DNA of 64,000 bases from Octopus vulgaris (Eukaryota): positions 68,014,001 through 68,078,000 of the forward strand of contig OX597832.1 in NCBI GenBank assembly GCA_951406725.2, in the 5' to 3' direction. Of this stretch, positions 14,585 to 25,785 are shown one piece after another; the first letter of the stretch is position 1; each line of letters starts with the position of its first letter. The notes beneath the pieces were generated by a model. That model did no database searches, was not told the origin of the DNA, and saw only the letters and a program-made list of their open reading frames with translations. The position numbers were made by a program, and so were the translations under genes.

Positions 14585-15477
14585 TATAACCTGCTCTGTG
14601 TGTCAAGAGCAATACATAGGTCAAACAAAAAATAGTTTACGTAAAAGAATGGCCCTGCACAGATCCCACATTAAAATTCCCCAAAACAGAAAAATAGCAT
14701 TCAGTCAACACAGACATTTGCGCCAACAACAAAACTCCAAGCTTCAGGATTTTCCCCTGTACCAATTCAGGGACGATGCAACCTGGAGCCAACGAACTAG
14801 TAAAGGAAATCTCTTTATTACAAAATACAGGCCCCTTCTGAACGCGTCTACGACAAACGATATATCCACCTCAGCTTTAGAATAACACAAATACACATGC
14901 AAATATTACATTCCTAAGAATCCATTAAAAAACAGCCCCAATCACTGCTATAATCTATAACGTGCCAACTTTAAGTCATTCAACACCTCATTACTTTCAC
15001 TCATTCATTTTCCCCCTTCCCTTTCTTCTTCTTCTTCTTCTTCTTCTTCATCATCACCACCATCATCATCATCATCTTCCTTACACCTACGCAAATTCTA
15101 TAAACAAAACATTCAATAGAAATATTTTCACGAATTGAACAGCAAATGCTAGCCTCCACTGACCATTCAAAATACTACAATCATGGCACTCCCAAATTCT
15201 TCGTCTTCTTCCACCCCTTCTCATCCTCCTTCTTCCCTACCAAGAATTCACAACGACCTCGAACCCACAAGAGTAAACAAGAGAGACAGAGAAATGCAGA
15301 AACAAGGAAAATGCCACTTATAATTGAAAACTATACAAATATTCTTTTAAAAATCTTTTCTTTTAATTTTTCTAAATTTAATTATTTAATTGTTACAGTT
15401 GAAAAAAGTCTCAAACCGGTACTGAAATGTTCTTTATAAAATTATTTTAGCATTTTCTATCCTGACTTGTTTTTTCA
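14585..15477 (+). mobile_element. 5'-truncated Penelope-like element (Neptune-like GIY-YIG + 3' UTR/pLTR)
   Basis: ITCSVCQEQYIGQTKNSLRKRMALHRSHIK..FSQH..FITKYRPLLN is a GIY-YIG endonuclease. It is followed by a low-complexity UTR, a decayed hammerhead at 15396-15424 and a (TA)n end. Confidence 0.8.
15396..15424 (+). ncRNA. Degenerate type I hammerhead (U3-A8 core, G12 missing)
   Basis: CAG-TTGAAAA-aagtctc-AAA-CCGG-TA-CTG; palindromic ACCGGT stem III and CAG/CTG stem I. Confidence 0.4.
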
Positions 15478-15499
15478 TATATATATATATGTATATGTA

Positions 15500-15650
15500 T
15501 AGGTTTATTTTATCGTGTCCCGTTTCGTTGAAGAGCGTAGGCCCGAAACGTAAAAGACTTTCTCACTTTCCAGAGCTTCAAACTAATACCCCAGCTTGTT
15601 GTTTATACACCTGTCATCGTCTGCTATTTTCTGTAAATTTGAACGATATA
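15500..15650 (+). mobile_element. Solo PLE 3'-terminal fragment with hammerhead-like motif
   Basis: TTGAAGA-GCGTAGGCCC-GAAACGTA-AAAGAC at 15523-15557; homologous to 16181-16330 (-) and 44340-44516 (+). Confidence 0.6.
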
Positions 15651-15683
15651 TAACTGTGTGTGTATGTGTGAGTGTATGTGTGT

Positions 15684-15728
<45 letters not shown>

Positions 15729-15729
15729 G

Positions 15730-15786
<57 letters not shown>

Positions 15787-16106
15787 GTATAGGTATCAAT
15801 AATTGAATGAGAAATGACGGCTGTTTCTCGTATAAGAATCTGTACACTCATGTGAGTACTAATGTTCGTTATTGAAGCAGGGAGATAACCATTTGAGATA
15901 TTGTGTTGCATTGCCAAAGAAATATCTCAAATAAGACAGCAGAGTGATGACGAATGTTTGCCAAGCGTGTCTCCATTGAGAAAATATGGGACGTTATGCG
16001 AAAGCAGTTGGAAAGTGTTTTTCTGTCACTGATGAAGGCGAGTTGCTTGCTACAAAGTATCACACATATCATTTTATAACGTTCAGGAGCCGTAATATAT
16101 ATATAT

Positions 16107-16180
<74 letters not shown>

Positions 16181-18262
16181 CGGGAAAGTTTACGAAAATA
16201 AGCAAAAGGCGAAGGCGAGTGGAGTACAAATAAACAAATGTAATTGTATAGTCTTTACGTTTCGAGCCTACGCTCTTCGACAGAAAGATACACAGAAAAA
16301 AAGAAGGAGAGAAACAAGGAGAGAAAAAATAATGCGTGTAGGAGCTAACGATTTATCATGGCGTCCTGACGTCGGACAGTGGTCAGACGCGAGAGGGACA
16401 GAAGGGGAGATAACAGGGTCCAGTGACTTCCAATGTGAAGGTGCCCCCAACACAAGGTGCGTGTGTGTATAAGAGAGTATGTATGTGCGTATGAAAGACG
16501 GCTGGTGGTCTGGACGTGTGTGCGTATATGTGTATGTATGTGTAAAGACGTGGAGATGTGTGTGTGGGCGGTGTGCTGTGGGTGGTGTGGTGTGATGTGA
16601 TGTGTAATGTTGTATGGTGTAGTGTAATGTGGTGTGATGTTGTGGGAGGTGGGGGAGGCGAGAGTGGGGAAAGCACAGGTGTGGGGTGGTTTCGGTTGCG
16701 GGTTGGGGTAGAGTGGGGCTTGTGGGTATGTAGAGGGTGGGGTTAGAGGTAAGGTACGTGGGGAGTGGTATGGGATGTGGGTGTGGTATGTGGGGGATAG
16801 GGGTGAGATGCGTAGGGTAGGGTGTGGGGTAGGGTGAGGGAATGGGGTGGGAATGATAGGGAAGGTGGAGTAGGGGTGGGGGATTAATGGGGGAGGTGGG
16901 AGAGAGAGGAGGAAAGAAAGAGAGAAGAGAGGGGCACGGAAGATGGGGGAGAGTGAGAGAGGGGATGGGGAGATGGGGAAGGGGACGGGACGGGAGAGAG
17001 GAGGAGAGGAGGGGAGAGGGGGAAGGAGAGGTGGGGGAGGATGGAGAGGGGAGAGAAGGTGAGTGAGGGAGCAGAGAGAAAGAGAGAAGGGGAAGAGGGA
17101 AGAAGAGAGAAGAGGGAAAAGATGGAAGAATAGGAAAGAAGAGAAAGAAGGGAAGAGGAGGGAAAGAGTGTAGGGGTGAAAAGATGTAGGAGTGAAGAGA
17201 AGTAGGAGTCGGGAGGAGGTTAGATGAAAAGGGGGGGAAGAGTTGATCCCAAATGGCGTAAAAGAGCGAAGGAAGAAGATTAATCCCTGTTCACGGCACA
17301 AGCGGGAATCCGGATGGCCTCTGTGCAAGGACAATCCGAACACAGACAGGTGTTGCAAGGACTGACCGGTGGAGCGGAAATGGCGTGAGACTGGAGTGTC
17401 ATTGGCGAGGCGGATGTCTCGGAGGTGTTCCGCCAACCGGTCAGCCAAGCGGCGTCCCTTTTGTCCGATGTACAGGGACTGGCAGAGAGAGCAGGAGATG
17501 CAATAGATGATATTGCTGGAGGTTCAGGTGAAGGAGTGGATGATGCGATAGGGTCGACGATGGGTGCCGGTGAGGAGGGTGGTGTTGGAGAGGTAAGGGC
17601 AAGTGCGGCAGCGTGTGCGGGACAGGGGAACGAGCCACGTTGGGAGGTAGGGTTGGGGAAGAAGCTGTGGACCAAGAGATCTCGTAGGTTATGGGCTCGT
17701 TTGGAGGAGGGAAGGAGTCGGTTAGGGAAGAGGTGTGAAGTGGACGGGTCGGACTGGAGATGCCGGAAAGCTCGAAGAATGGTGCGTTGGAGAGGTAGGG
17801 TGGTGGGGTGGTAGGTGAGGGGGAAAGGGAGGGCGGGTTCGGGGGGAGAGAGCAGATGCACGGTCTACGGAACGTGCTCTGGCAAGGGCGGTGTGGATAG
17901 TGGTGAGGGGGTATCCGCGTAGGATGAAGTGGCGAGCCATGCGTTGAGACTGAGTCTCAAGGTTATGGTCGTCACTACAGAGCCTATGTAGACAGAGGAA
18001 TTGGGAATAGGGGATGGAAAGCTTGGTGTGTATGGGGTGGGAGGAAGAAAAGTTTAGGAATGAGTGTGAGTCTGTGTGTTTGTAGTGAATGGAGGTGGTA
18101 AGAGTGGAGTGATGAATGCTGACCGAAATGTCGAGGAAGGAGAGAGAGGTGTTGGAGATAGTGCAGGTGAAGTGGAGGGTAAGATGGAAAGATTTAACGA
18201 AAGAGAGGAAGGAGTCTAGATGTTCGCGGGAGAGTGAGGTGGGACCGATACAGTTGTCAATG
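16181..18262 (-). mobile_element. Neptune-like Penelope element (partial RT, GIY-YIG, long low-complexity 3' UTR, pLTR)
   Basis: Minus-strand frames give SFLDISV, HYKHTDSHSFLNFSSSHP..SIPYSQF, RGYP and NIIYCISCSLCQSLYIGQKGRRLADRLAEHLRDI, with frameshifts. The 3' end has a hammerhead-like motif (16252-16288) and runs into (TA)n. Confidence 0.9.
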
Positions 18263-18324
18263 TTCGGGAGTGGGACCAGTGAAACTAGAGAATATTTGGG
18301 TCAGATAATATATACATGATATAT

Positions 18325-18500
18325 CAAGAGTTGTGTTCTTGAGCAAAATACTTCATTTCAAATTGCTCCAGTCCCCCTTCGATCAGGGTGGGGGTTGTTG
18401 GCCTAGCCAGCGACGTGGCACTAATTGAAGGCTAAAACAATGCAAAGTGCGCATTGTGCCCAGCGACATTAACATCTGATAACCTCGTCAGTCACGTGAT
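18325..18500 (+). mobile_element. Probable SINE fragment of a third family
   Basis: CORE-like TTGTGTTCTTGAGCAAAATACTTCATTTC..TTGCTCCAGT and tail GTCAGTCACGTGA before (TA)n. Confidence 0.45.
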
Positions 18501-19267
18501 ATATATATATATATAATTGGTTATGACTTTATAGTGCATCCGGCTGTGAGCCTCCACTTCGGGATTTCTGGAGCTCTGGGGAGAATGGAGTTATCCGTTA
18601 ATTACTATTACTCTCAGGTCGGTAGTGACCCGGAACGGTAGCATCCACTAGGTTACTATCTTAGGGTTAAATAGATCACCGAGTGGGCTTCCGTTATATT
18701 TGAGGATGCTGTACTGAAGGTAGCACTTCTAGGAGAAAGATACGCTGGCATAGAAATTGCGGTCGAAATAACACCAGTCAACTTGCGAAGCTTTTCGCTG
18801 GAAGCTAATATGGCGATGGAGATGACGGCAAATGTATAGGACAAATAGTTGCTAGTTATATACTATGACGTATATGTCTCACTATCATTTGAATGTGAAA
18901 AGTCTATCATCTGAGAAGTTGAGGCAATCATCATCGTCATCATATATGTGCGTGTAAGTATATATATATATATATATATATAATTTCAACAATTGAGGGT
19001 AAAATTAATTAATTAATCAATTTCACCAAGTATTCAGTATACTAAGAGACCATTTAAGGCGAATTCAAATTATTACATTATATAAAAGGGCTTAGTAAAA
19101 TAAATTACTTTGCCGCATACTGAACTCATTAGAAATAGCAGCTAAAAAAACTTTTTTAAAAACTATTTCCAATACTTAAAGAAAACTTCTCTCATATAGT
19201 GTTTGCTCAATTCAACTCACAAAAGTATGGGGGTAGAGACATTAAAAAATCAAATGCAAAGGTTATT

Positions 19268-19320
19268 TGAGAACGTACGTTTCAAGATTAGTCAAAATCG
19301 ACACTTCTATCATCAGCTCA
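19268..19320 (-). ncRNA. Type I hammerhead ribozyme, array copy 1
   Basis: Minus strand: TGAG-CTGATGA-tagaagtgtcgattttgactaatctt-GAAA-CGTACG-TT-CTCA; stem I TGAG/CTCA, palindromic ACGTACGT stem III. Confidence 0.75.
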
Positions 19321-19826
19321 GAACTCCCTGGTTTGGATTTGAAAACACTGAAAGTAGGAGCATACCCTTTCGGCTTGTTATCACTTCTGAAGATCTGCTC
19401 AAAACTAACAGTGCTAGCAAATTCAAATATGCAAGCGAAGAATTTCTGCTCTCCCCTTTCCACCAGCGTGGGTTAAAATCAGCAAACACTATGTTTTTTT
19501 CAGTAAAATCCGAGGCATTATATAGAGAGAGATGAATTATAATTTCAACAATTGAGGGTAAAATTAATTAATTAATCAATTTCACCAAGTATTCAGTATA
19601 CAAAGGGACCATTTAAGGCGAATTCAAATTATTACATTATATAAAAGGGCTTAGTAAAATAAATTACTTTGCCGCATACTGAACTCATTAGAAATAGCAG
19701 CTAAAAAAAACTTTTTAAAAACTATTTCCAATACTTAAAGAAAACCTCTCTCATATAGTGTTTGCTCAATTCAACTCACAAAAGTATGGGGGTAGAGACA
19801 TTAAAAAATCAAATGCAAAGGTTATT

Positions 19827-19879
19827 TGAGAACGTACGTTTCAAGATTAGTCAAAATCGACACTTCTATCATCAGCTCA
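19827..19879 (-). ncRNA. Type I hammerhead ribozyme, array copy 2
   Basis: Identical to 19268-19320. Confidence 0.75.
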
Positions 19880-20386
19880 GAACTCCCTGGTTTGGATTTG
19901 AAAACACTGAAAGTAGGAGCATACCCTTTCGGCTTGTTATCACTTCTGAAGATCTGCTCAAAACTAACAGTGCTAGCAAATTCAAATATGCAAGCGAAGA
20001 ATTTCTGCTCTCCCCTTTCCACCAGCGTGGGTTAAAATCAGCAAACACTATGTTTTTTTCAGTAAAATCCGAGGCATTATATAGAGAGAGATGAATTATA
20101 ATTTCAACAATTGAGGGTAAAATTAATTAATTAATCAATTTCACCAAGTATTCAGTATACAAAGGGACCATTTAAGGCGAATTCAAATTATTACATTATA
20201 TAAAAGGGCTTAGTAAAATAAATTACTTTGCCGCATACTGAACTCATTAGAAATAGCAGCTAAAAAAAACTTTTTTAAAAACTATTTCCAATACTTAAAG
20301 AAAACCTCTCTCATATAGTGTTTGCTCAATTCAACTCACAAAAGTATGGGGGTAGAGACATTAAAAAATCAAATGCAAAGGTTATT

Positions 20387-20439
20387 TGAGAACGTACGTT
20401 TCAAGATTAGTCAAAATCGACACTTCTATCATCAGCTCA
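20387..20439 (-). ncRNA. Type I hammerhead ribozyme, array copy 3
   Basis: Identical to 19268-19320. Confidence 0.75.
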
Positions 20440-20945
20440 GAACTCCCTGGTTTGGATTTGAAAACACTGAAAGTAGGAGCATACCCTTTCGGCTTGTTAT
20501 CACTTCTGAAGATCTGCTCAAAACTAACAGTGCTAGCAAATTCAAATATGCAAGCGAAGAATTTCTGCTCTCCCCTTTCCACCAGCGTGGGTTAAAATCA
20601 GCAAACACTATGTTTTTTTCGGTAAAATCCGAGGCATTATATAGAGAGAGATGAATTATAATTTCAACAATTGAGGGTAAAATTAATTAATTAATCAATT
20701 TCACCAAGTATTCAGTATACAAAGGGACCATTTAAGGCGAATTCAAATTATTACATTATATAAAAGGGCTTAGTAAAATAAATTACTTTGCCGCATACTG
20801 AACTCATTAGAAATAGCAGCTAAAAAAAACTTTTTAAAAACTATTTCCAATACTTAAAGAAAACCTCTCTCATATAGTGTTTGCTCAATTCAACTCACAA
20901 AAGTATGGGGGTAGAGACATTAAAAAATCAAATGCAAAGGTTATT

Positions 20946-20998
20946 TGAGAACGTACGTTTCAAGATTAGTCAAAATCGACACTTCTATCATCAGCTCA
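20946..20998 (-). ncRNA. Type I hammerhead ribozyme, array copy 4
   Basis: Identical to 19268-19320. Confidence 0.75.
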
Positions 20999-21375
20999 GA
21001 TTTCCTGGTTTGGATTTGAAAACACTGAAAGTAGGAGCATACCCTTTCGGCTTGTTATCACTTCTGAAGATCTGCTCAAAACTAACAGTGCTAGCAAATT
21101 CAAATATGCAAGCGAAGAATTTCTGCTCTCCCCTTTCCACCAGCGTGGGTTAAAATCGGCAAACACTATGTTTTTTTCGGTAAAATCCGAGGCATTATAT
21201 ATAGAGAGATGAATTATAATTTCAACAATTGAGGGTAAAATTAATTAATTAATCAATTTCACCAAGTATTCAGTATACAAAGGGACCAGAGTTTTGAGCA
21301 GATCTTCAGAAGTGATAACAAGCCGAAAGGGTATGCTCCTACTTTCAGTGTTTTCAAATCCAAACCAGGGAGTTC

Positions 21376-21428
21376 TGAGCTGATGATAGAAGTGTCGATT
21401 TTGACTAATCTTGAAACGTACGTTCTCA
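21376..21428 (+). ncRNA. Type I hammerhead ribozyme, array copy 5
   Basis: TGAG-CTGATGA-26 nt-GAAA-CGTACG-TT-CTCA read directly on the plus strand. Confidence 0.75.
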
Positions 21429-21931
21429 AATAACCTTTGCATTTGATTTTTTAATGTCTCTACCCCCATATTTTTGTGAGTTGAATTGAGCAAACACTAT
21501 ATGAGAGAGGTTTTCTTTAAGTATTGGAAATAGTTTTTAAAAAAGTTTTTTTTAGCTGCTATTTCTAATGAGTTCAGTATGCGGCAAAGTAATTTATTTT
21601 ACTAAGCCATTTTATATAATGTAATAATTTGAATTCGCCTTAAATGGTCCCTTTGTATACTGAATACTTGGTGAAATTGATTAATTAATTAATTTTACCC
21701 TCAATTGTTGAAATTATAATTCATCTCTCTCTATAATGCCTCGGATTTTACCGAAAAAACATAGTGTTTGCTGATTTTAACCCACGCTGGTGGAAAGGGA
21801 GAGCAGAAATTCTTCGCTTGCATATTTGAATTTGCTAGCACTGTTAGTTTTGAGCAGATCTTCAGAAGTGATAACAAGCCGAAAGGGTATGCTCCTACTT
21901 TCAGTGTTTTCAAATCCAAACCAGGGAGTTC

Positions 21932-21984
21932 TGAGCTGATGATAGAAGTGTCGATTTTGACTAATCTTGAAACGTACGTTCTCA
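21932..21984 (+). ncRNA. Type I hammerhead ribozyme, array copy 6
   Basis: Same motif as 21376-21428. Confidence 0.75.
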
Positions 21985-22175
21985 AATAACCTTTGCATTT
22001 GATTTTTTAATGTCTCTACCCCCATACTTTTGTGAGTTGAATTGAGCAAACACTATATGAGAGAGGTTTTCTTTAAGTATTGGAAATAGTTTTTAAAAAA
22101 GTTTTTTTTTAGCTGCTATTTCTAATGAGTTCAGTATGCGGCAAAGTAATTTATTTTACTAAGCCCTTTTATATA

Positions 22176-22230
<55 letters not shown>

Positions 22231-23149
22231 CAGAGAGAAGGGGTTGTATGCATATGTATGTGTATATAGGTATGCTTGCATGTATGTATGGGTGAGGGCA
22301 CAGCAATATAGCGTATACGTCTGAGTTTCCTTCATTCCTGCGTTTCTAAAGTAAACAGTTTTGAGATGAAAAATCCCACTAAACTCATACATTTTCTTTA
22401 AAGCCAAAGAGAGGCGCTCGTGGGCCCCATGCCAAAGCTTGGCCAGTGTTTACCTATAAGAATCAATCTGAAACTAAATAACTCAGTGACACCTTAATAA
22501 AATACAATTTAGATTTTCGACGCGTTTGACAGAAAAACAAAAACAAAGGAAAGAGTGTCATCTCTGAGTAAAAAAAATACTTGGAATGCTGTTGAACGTT
22601 TACTAGTCTAACAATGTTAGAGGAGCAACTAGGTTTAATGGGATGAGTGAGTTTACTGAAAGGAAAAGGCACATTTTTTTGTCAAGCCTACACCGTTGTC
22701 ATTATGAAGTAAACAATTGTGTTGCTTTCCTGTATGTTATGCTGTATCCTGAGTAAACCGTTAACAATAAAAGTAGCTGGTTTTCAAAGCAGTCAGCTTG
22801 AGCTGATTAATTGAAACTGAAAAATCTGATTATGTTATATTAAGTGAATGAGAGGTACCTATGAAGTACTGCCACCCTTCCCCATCACTACACAATTCTT
22901 GTGATCTGTGTTGAGTTGCAACTAATAATCCTTTTGTTCTTTTATGAAGACTGACGTAATCTAGTCATCGAAAAGTAAGAGGAAAATAACTAAATAAAGC
23001 AAACCTGTTTCAAAGTTGGTAGAGAAAAAGAACTAATAGGATAATCTTCAAAGTAGATGGTATTTTCAGTGGTCTTGACCTAGAAAGATAACTTCTTTGC
23101 CGTGTTTCGAGTAGAAATTCACGTAGAAAGACGTTTAATTGGAAAATAG

Positions 23150-23330
23150 CAATGGCTATGTGGTTGAGAAGTTTGTTTCGCAACCACTTGGTTCCGTGTT
23201 CCGATCTCACTGCTATATTTTGTGGATATGTGTGTTCTGACGCAGCCACGTACAAGATCTGGCTAATATATTGCGACTAGAATGAAATAGACGGAAAACT
23301 CTGTGGAAGGTTACTGATCGCGTTCGCGCG
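23150..23330 (+). mobile_element. SINE family A head, degenerate
   Basis: ATGGCTATGTGGTTGAGAAGTTTG..CAACCACTTGGTTCCG..TAGACGGAAAACT. Confidence 0.5.
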
Positions 23331-23691
23331 TGTGTATCTGTAAAATCACGCATATTTCACGACAAAAATTTGATGCAAGGAGAGAATAAACAAAAAGTAT
23401 GCGGAATCAGAGATAAGAAATGGCGTAGTCTGAAAAGCGTAGAAAAACATAGAAATAAAAAACAAGGATACGTGCAATAAATATGCGAAAGGAAGAAACA
23501 TGCACACAAACACACACAGACACATATAAGTAAATATAAAATAAACAAACAAATAAATAACAATACCATCCACACGGTCCCACTTAAAAGGAAGGCGAAC
23601 ACCGCATCACAAAAATATCACATACAAACAATCTCGATAAGCAAGCCATTGAACAAACACAATCACAATATCATAGACATTACACCGGATA

Positions 23692-23725
<34 letters not shown>

Positions 23726-24159
23726 TGTGGTGTGTGTGTGTGGTGTGGTGTGGTGTGGTGTGTGTGTATGTGTGTGTGGTGTGGTGTGTGTGTGTGTGTG
23801 TGGTGTGGTGTGTGTGTGTGTGTGTGTGTGTGTCTGTGTGTTAATGTTCACATACATCTTCAATAAAATATTGTAAGTGTTTCTGTCTGAAGACCGTAAT
23901 TGTGTGAAGCTGGAGTCGCGAAACAAACTCTCGGTTTCCTTTTCAATAAAAGAAATTGCACTTATCGGCCCTGGGGCGTATAAGAGCTGAACTGAAAGCC
24001 ATGTGTGATTGTGAAACTCCGCGTCCTGTCAGCCACGCCTGCACCTAGTAAACTTATAAGTCACACAGTCTTGCCTGCATTTGTTCAGTTTGTATTGTGG
24101 TTATTTCTAGCATATATTTAAGCATTTCCTACATTAAATATACCCCTAGCGTTAACATG

Positions 24160-24425
24160 TACGTGACTGTGTGGTAAAAAGATAACCTCACAGCCACCTG
24201 GTTCTGGGTTCAATTCCACAGTGTAACACCTTGGGTAGGTGTTTTCTACTATAACCTCGAACCAACCAAAGTCTTGTGAGTAGATTTTTGTAGAGGGAAA
24301 CTGAAAGAAGCTCGTCGTGCATGTGCGTGTTCGTGTTTGAGTGCCTTTGTGTCTGTGTTTGTCCCCATCACTGTTTGACAACCGGTGTTGGTGTGTTTAT
24401 GTCCTCGTAACATAGCGGTTCTGCA
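24160..24425 (+). mobile_element. SINE family A
   Basis: GTGACTGTGTGGTAA..GGTTCTGGGTTCAATTCCAC..CACCTTGGG..GGAAACTGAAAGAAGCTCGTCG..TTGACAACCGGTG. Confidence 0.75.
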
Positions 24426-24569
24426 TAGAATTAGAAAAAAAACGTTTTCATTCGATATTATCTCTTTCGTGGAGCGAAATGAGCGGCCATGTTTAAATAT
24501 TTTAACAAGCTAACCGATCCATTTTACTACTACTCCTGTGCACTTATTATTTCTGCTATACATCAGGTC

Positions 24570-24770
24570 GTTTAACCGGAAGAATCGTAAGAATGCCGGG
24601 GGAAATGCTTAGCGGTATTTCGGCCGTCTCTATGTTCTAAGTTTAAATGCCACCCAGGTCAGATTTTCCTTTCATCCTTTTAGGATCGATAAAATAGGTA
24701 CCAAATAAGCATTGAGGTCGATGTTAACCTATCCCATCCCTCAAAATGGGTGACATTGTGCCAAACATTG
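24570..24770 (+). mobile_element. SINE family B
   Basis: GAATCGTAAG..GAAATGCTTAGCGGTATTTCG..CCTTTCATCCTTTTAGGATCGATAAAATAGGTACC. Confidence 0.7.
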
Positions 24771-25499
24771 ACGAAAACATTTCTGCCAAACATCACATTA
24801 AATCATATGACATATGACTATAACGTCAAGGGTCGGATATATTTCATAGTTATTGCCAAATAAAAATCTACTCAAATTAAATAAAAATACCCTAAATTTC
24901 AAAGTTAATAAAAAAAATAATAATACGTGACAATTGCTGTTGAAATAATTTTATTATTATATAGAAAAAAATCATATTATGAAAAATATTGGATGAAATA
25001 AATGTCAAGAAATGAACAACAAAAAAGTCAAAAACCATTGTTGTTAGAATGCCAGACGAACAAAATTGATGTAAAAGAATACTGAACAAACTAAGTATTT
25101 CATCCAACACTTCACTTCAATTCTGCGAAAAATAATGGTACTTCATTATGTTTTTTATATAGAACAACATAAAGAATGGAACGTTTTAATATCAGATCAG
25201 CTTGGATGTCGTCTTCAGAGTTCAACAGACCAAGTATTCTTCTAGAATGTTTTTAAAATAGCAAGGATTTTGAGGAGGATTAAAATCAAATCGATACTAC
25301 ATAAGTACTTGGTTTGCTTCACTTGAAACGTTAAGATATTTATTTTTAATTTATGAAATCAATTGTTTGAAGAAATCTGAAAAAATATGACTTTTCGGTT
25401 TCTATATTCTGTTGCCATACAAGGGATCCGCTAGGAGGGTTTTTGTGGAAAAGATTGTACCCATGTTCATTTATTAAGTCTGATACGTAAAAATCAGTC

Positions 25500-25785
25500 A
25501 CTTTTGCCGAGCCACTATGTTAAGGGGATGTAAACAAACCAACACCGTCTATCAGGAGGTGGCTATGGAGATAAACATACACACACACGCATAGGCACAA
25601 ATACACACACACACAAGCAAACACACACACATATGTATACGACGGGCTTCGACATAGTTTCCCTCTACCAAATTCATTCATGCAGCATTGGTCAGCTTGG
25701 AATATAGTAGTAGACACCGGCACAAAGTGCCATACAGTGAACCTGGTCCCGAGTGATTGCAAAGCAAGCTTCGTAACGACAGTCA
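25500..25785 (-). mobile_element. SINE family A, degenerate
   Basis: Reverse strand GGTAGAGGGAAACT..GAAGCCCGTCGTA..GGTGTTGGTTTGTTTACATCCCCTTAAC..CGGCAAAAG. Confidence 0.65.

Larger units (their letters stand above)
18981..21288 (-). mobile_element. Tandem array of ~559-bp hammerhead-bearing non-coding units (retrozyme-like), left arm
   Basis: Near-identical units start at 18981, 19540, 20099, 20659 and 21217 (partial). Each full unit has a minus-strand type I hammerhead. The left end abuts (TA)n. Confidence 0.85.
21290..22177 (+). mobile_element. Inverted arm (~1.6 units) of the 559-bp hammerhead array
   Basis: Reverse complement of the unit, starting at AGTTTTGAGCAGATC and ending ..CCCTTTTATATAAT into (TA)n(TG)n. 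Confidence 0.85.

Noticed and set aside
16345-17448. 367-aa ORF
   Set aside because: Only the first ~70 aa are GIY-YIG; the rest is read-through of low-complexity UTR.
19383-19415. Possible opposite-strand hammerhead (CTGAAGA..AAAAC) in the unit, which would suggest viroid-like ambisense ribozymes
   Set aside because: No GAAA, no stem I pairing, and G at the cleavage position.
19203-21153. Repeated 110/66/69-aa ORFs in the 559-bp units
   Set aside because: Non-ATG or weak starts, no recognisable domain, and a frameshift in copy 4; by-products of the repeat.
18981-22177. CRISPR array or simple satellite interpretation
   Set aside because: No spacers and a eukaryotic context; the ribozyme, strand switch and TA flanks argue against a plain satellite.
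23886-23940. CTGAAGA..GAAAC motif
   Set aside because: No consistent stems or cleavage triplet.
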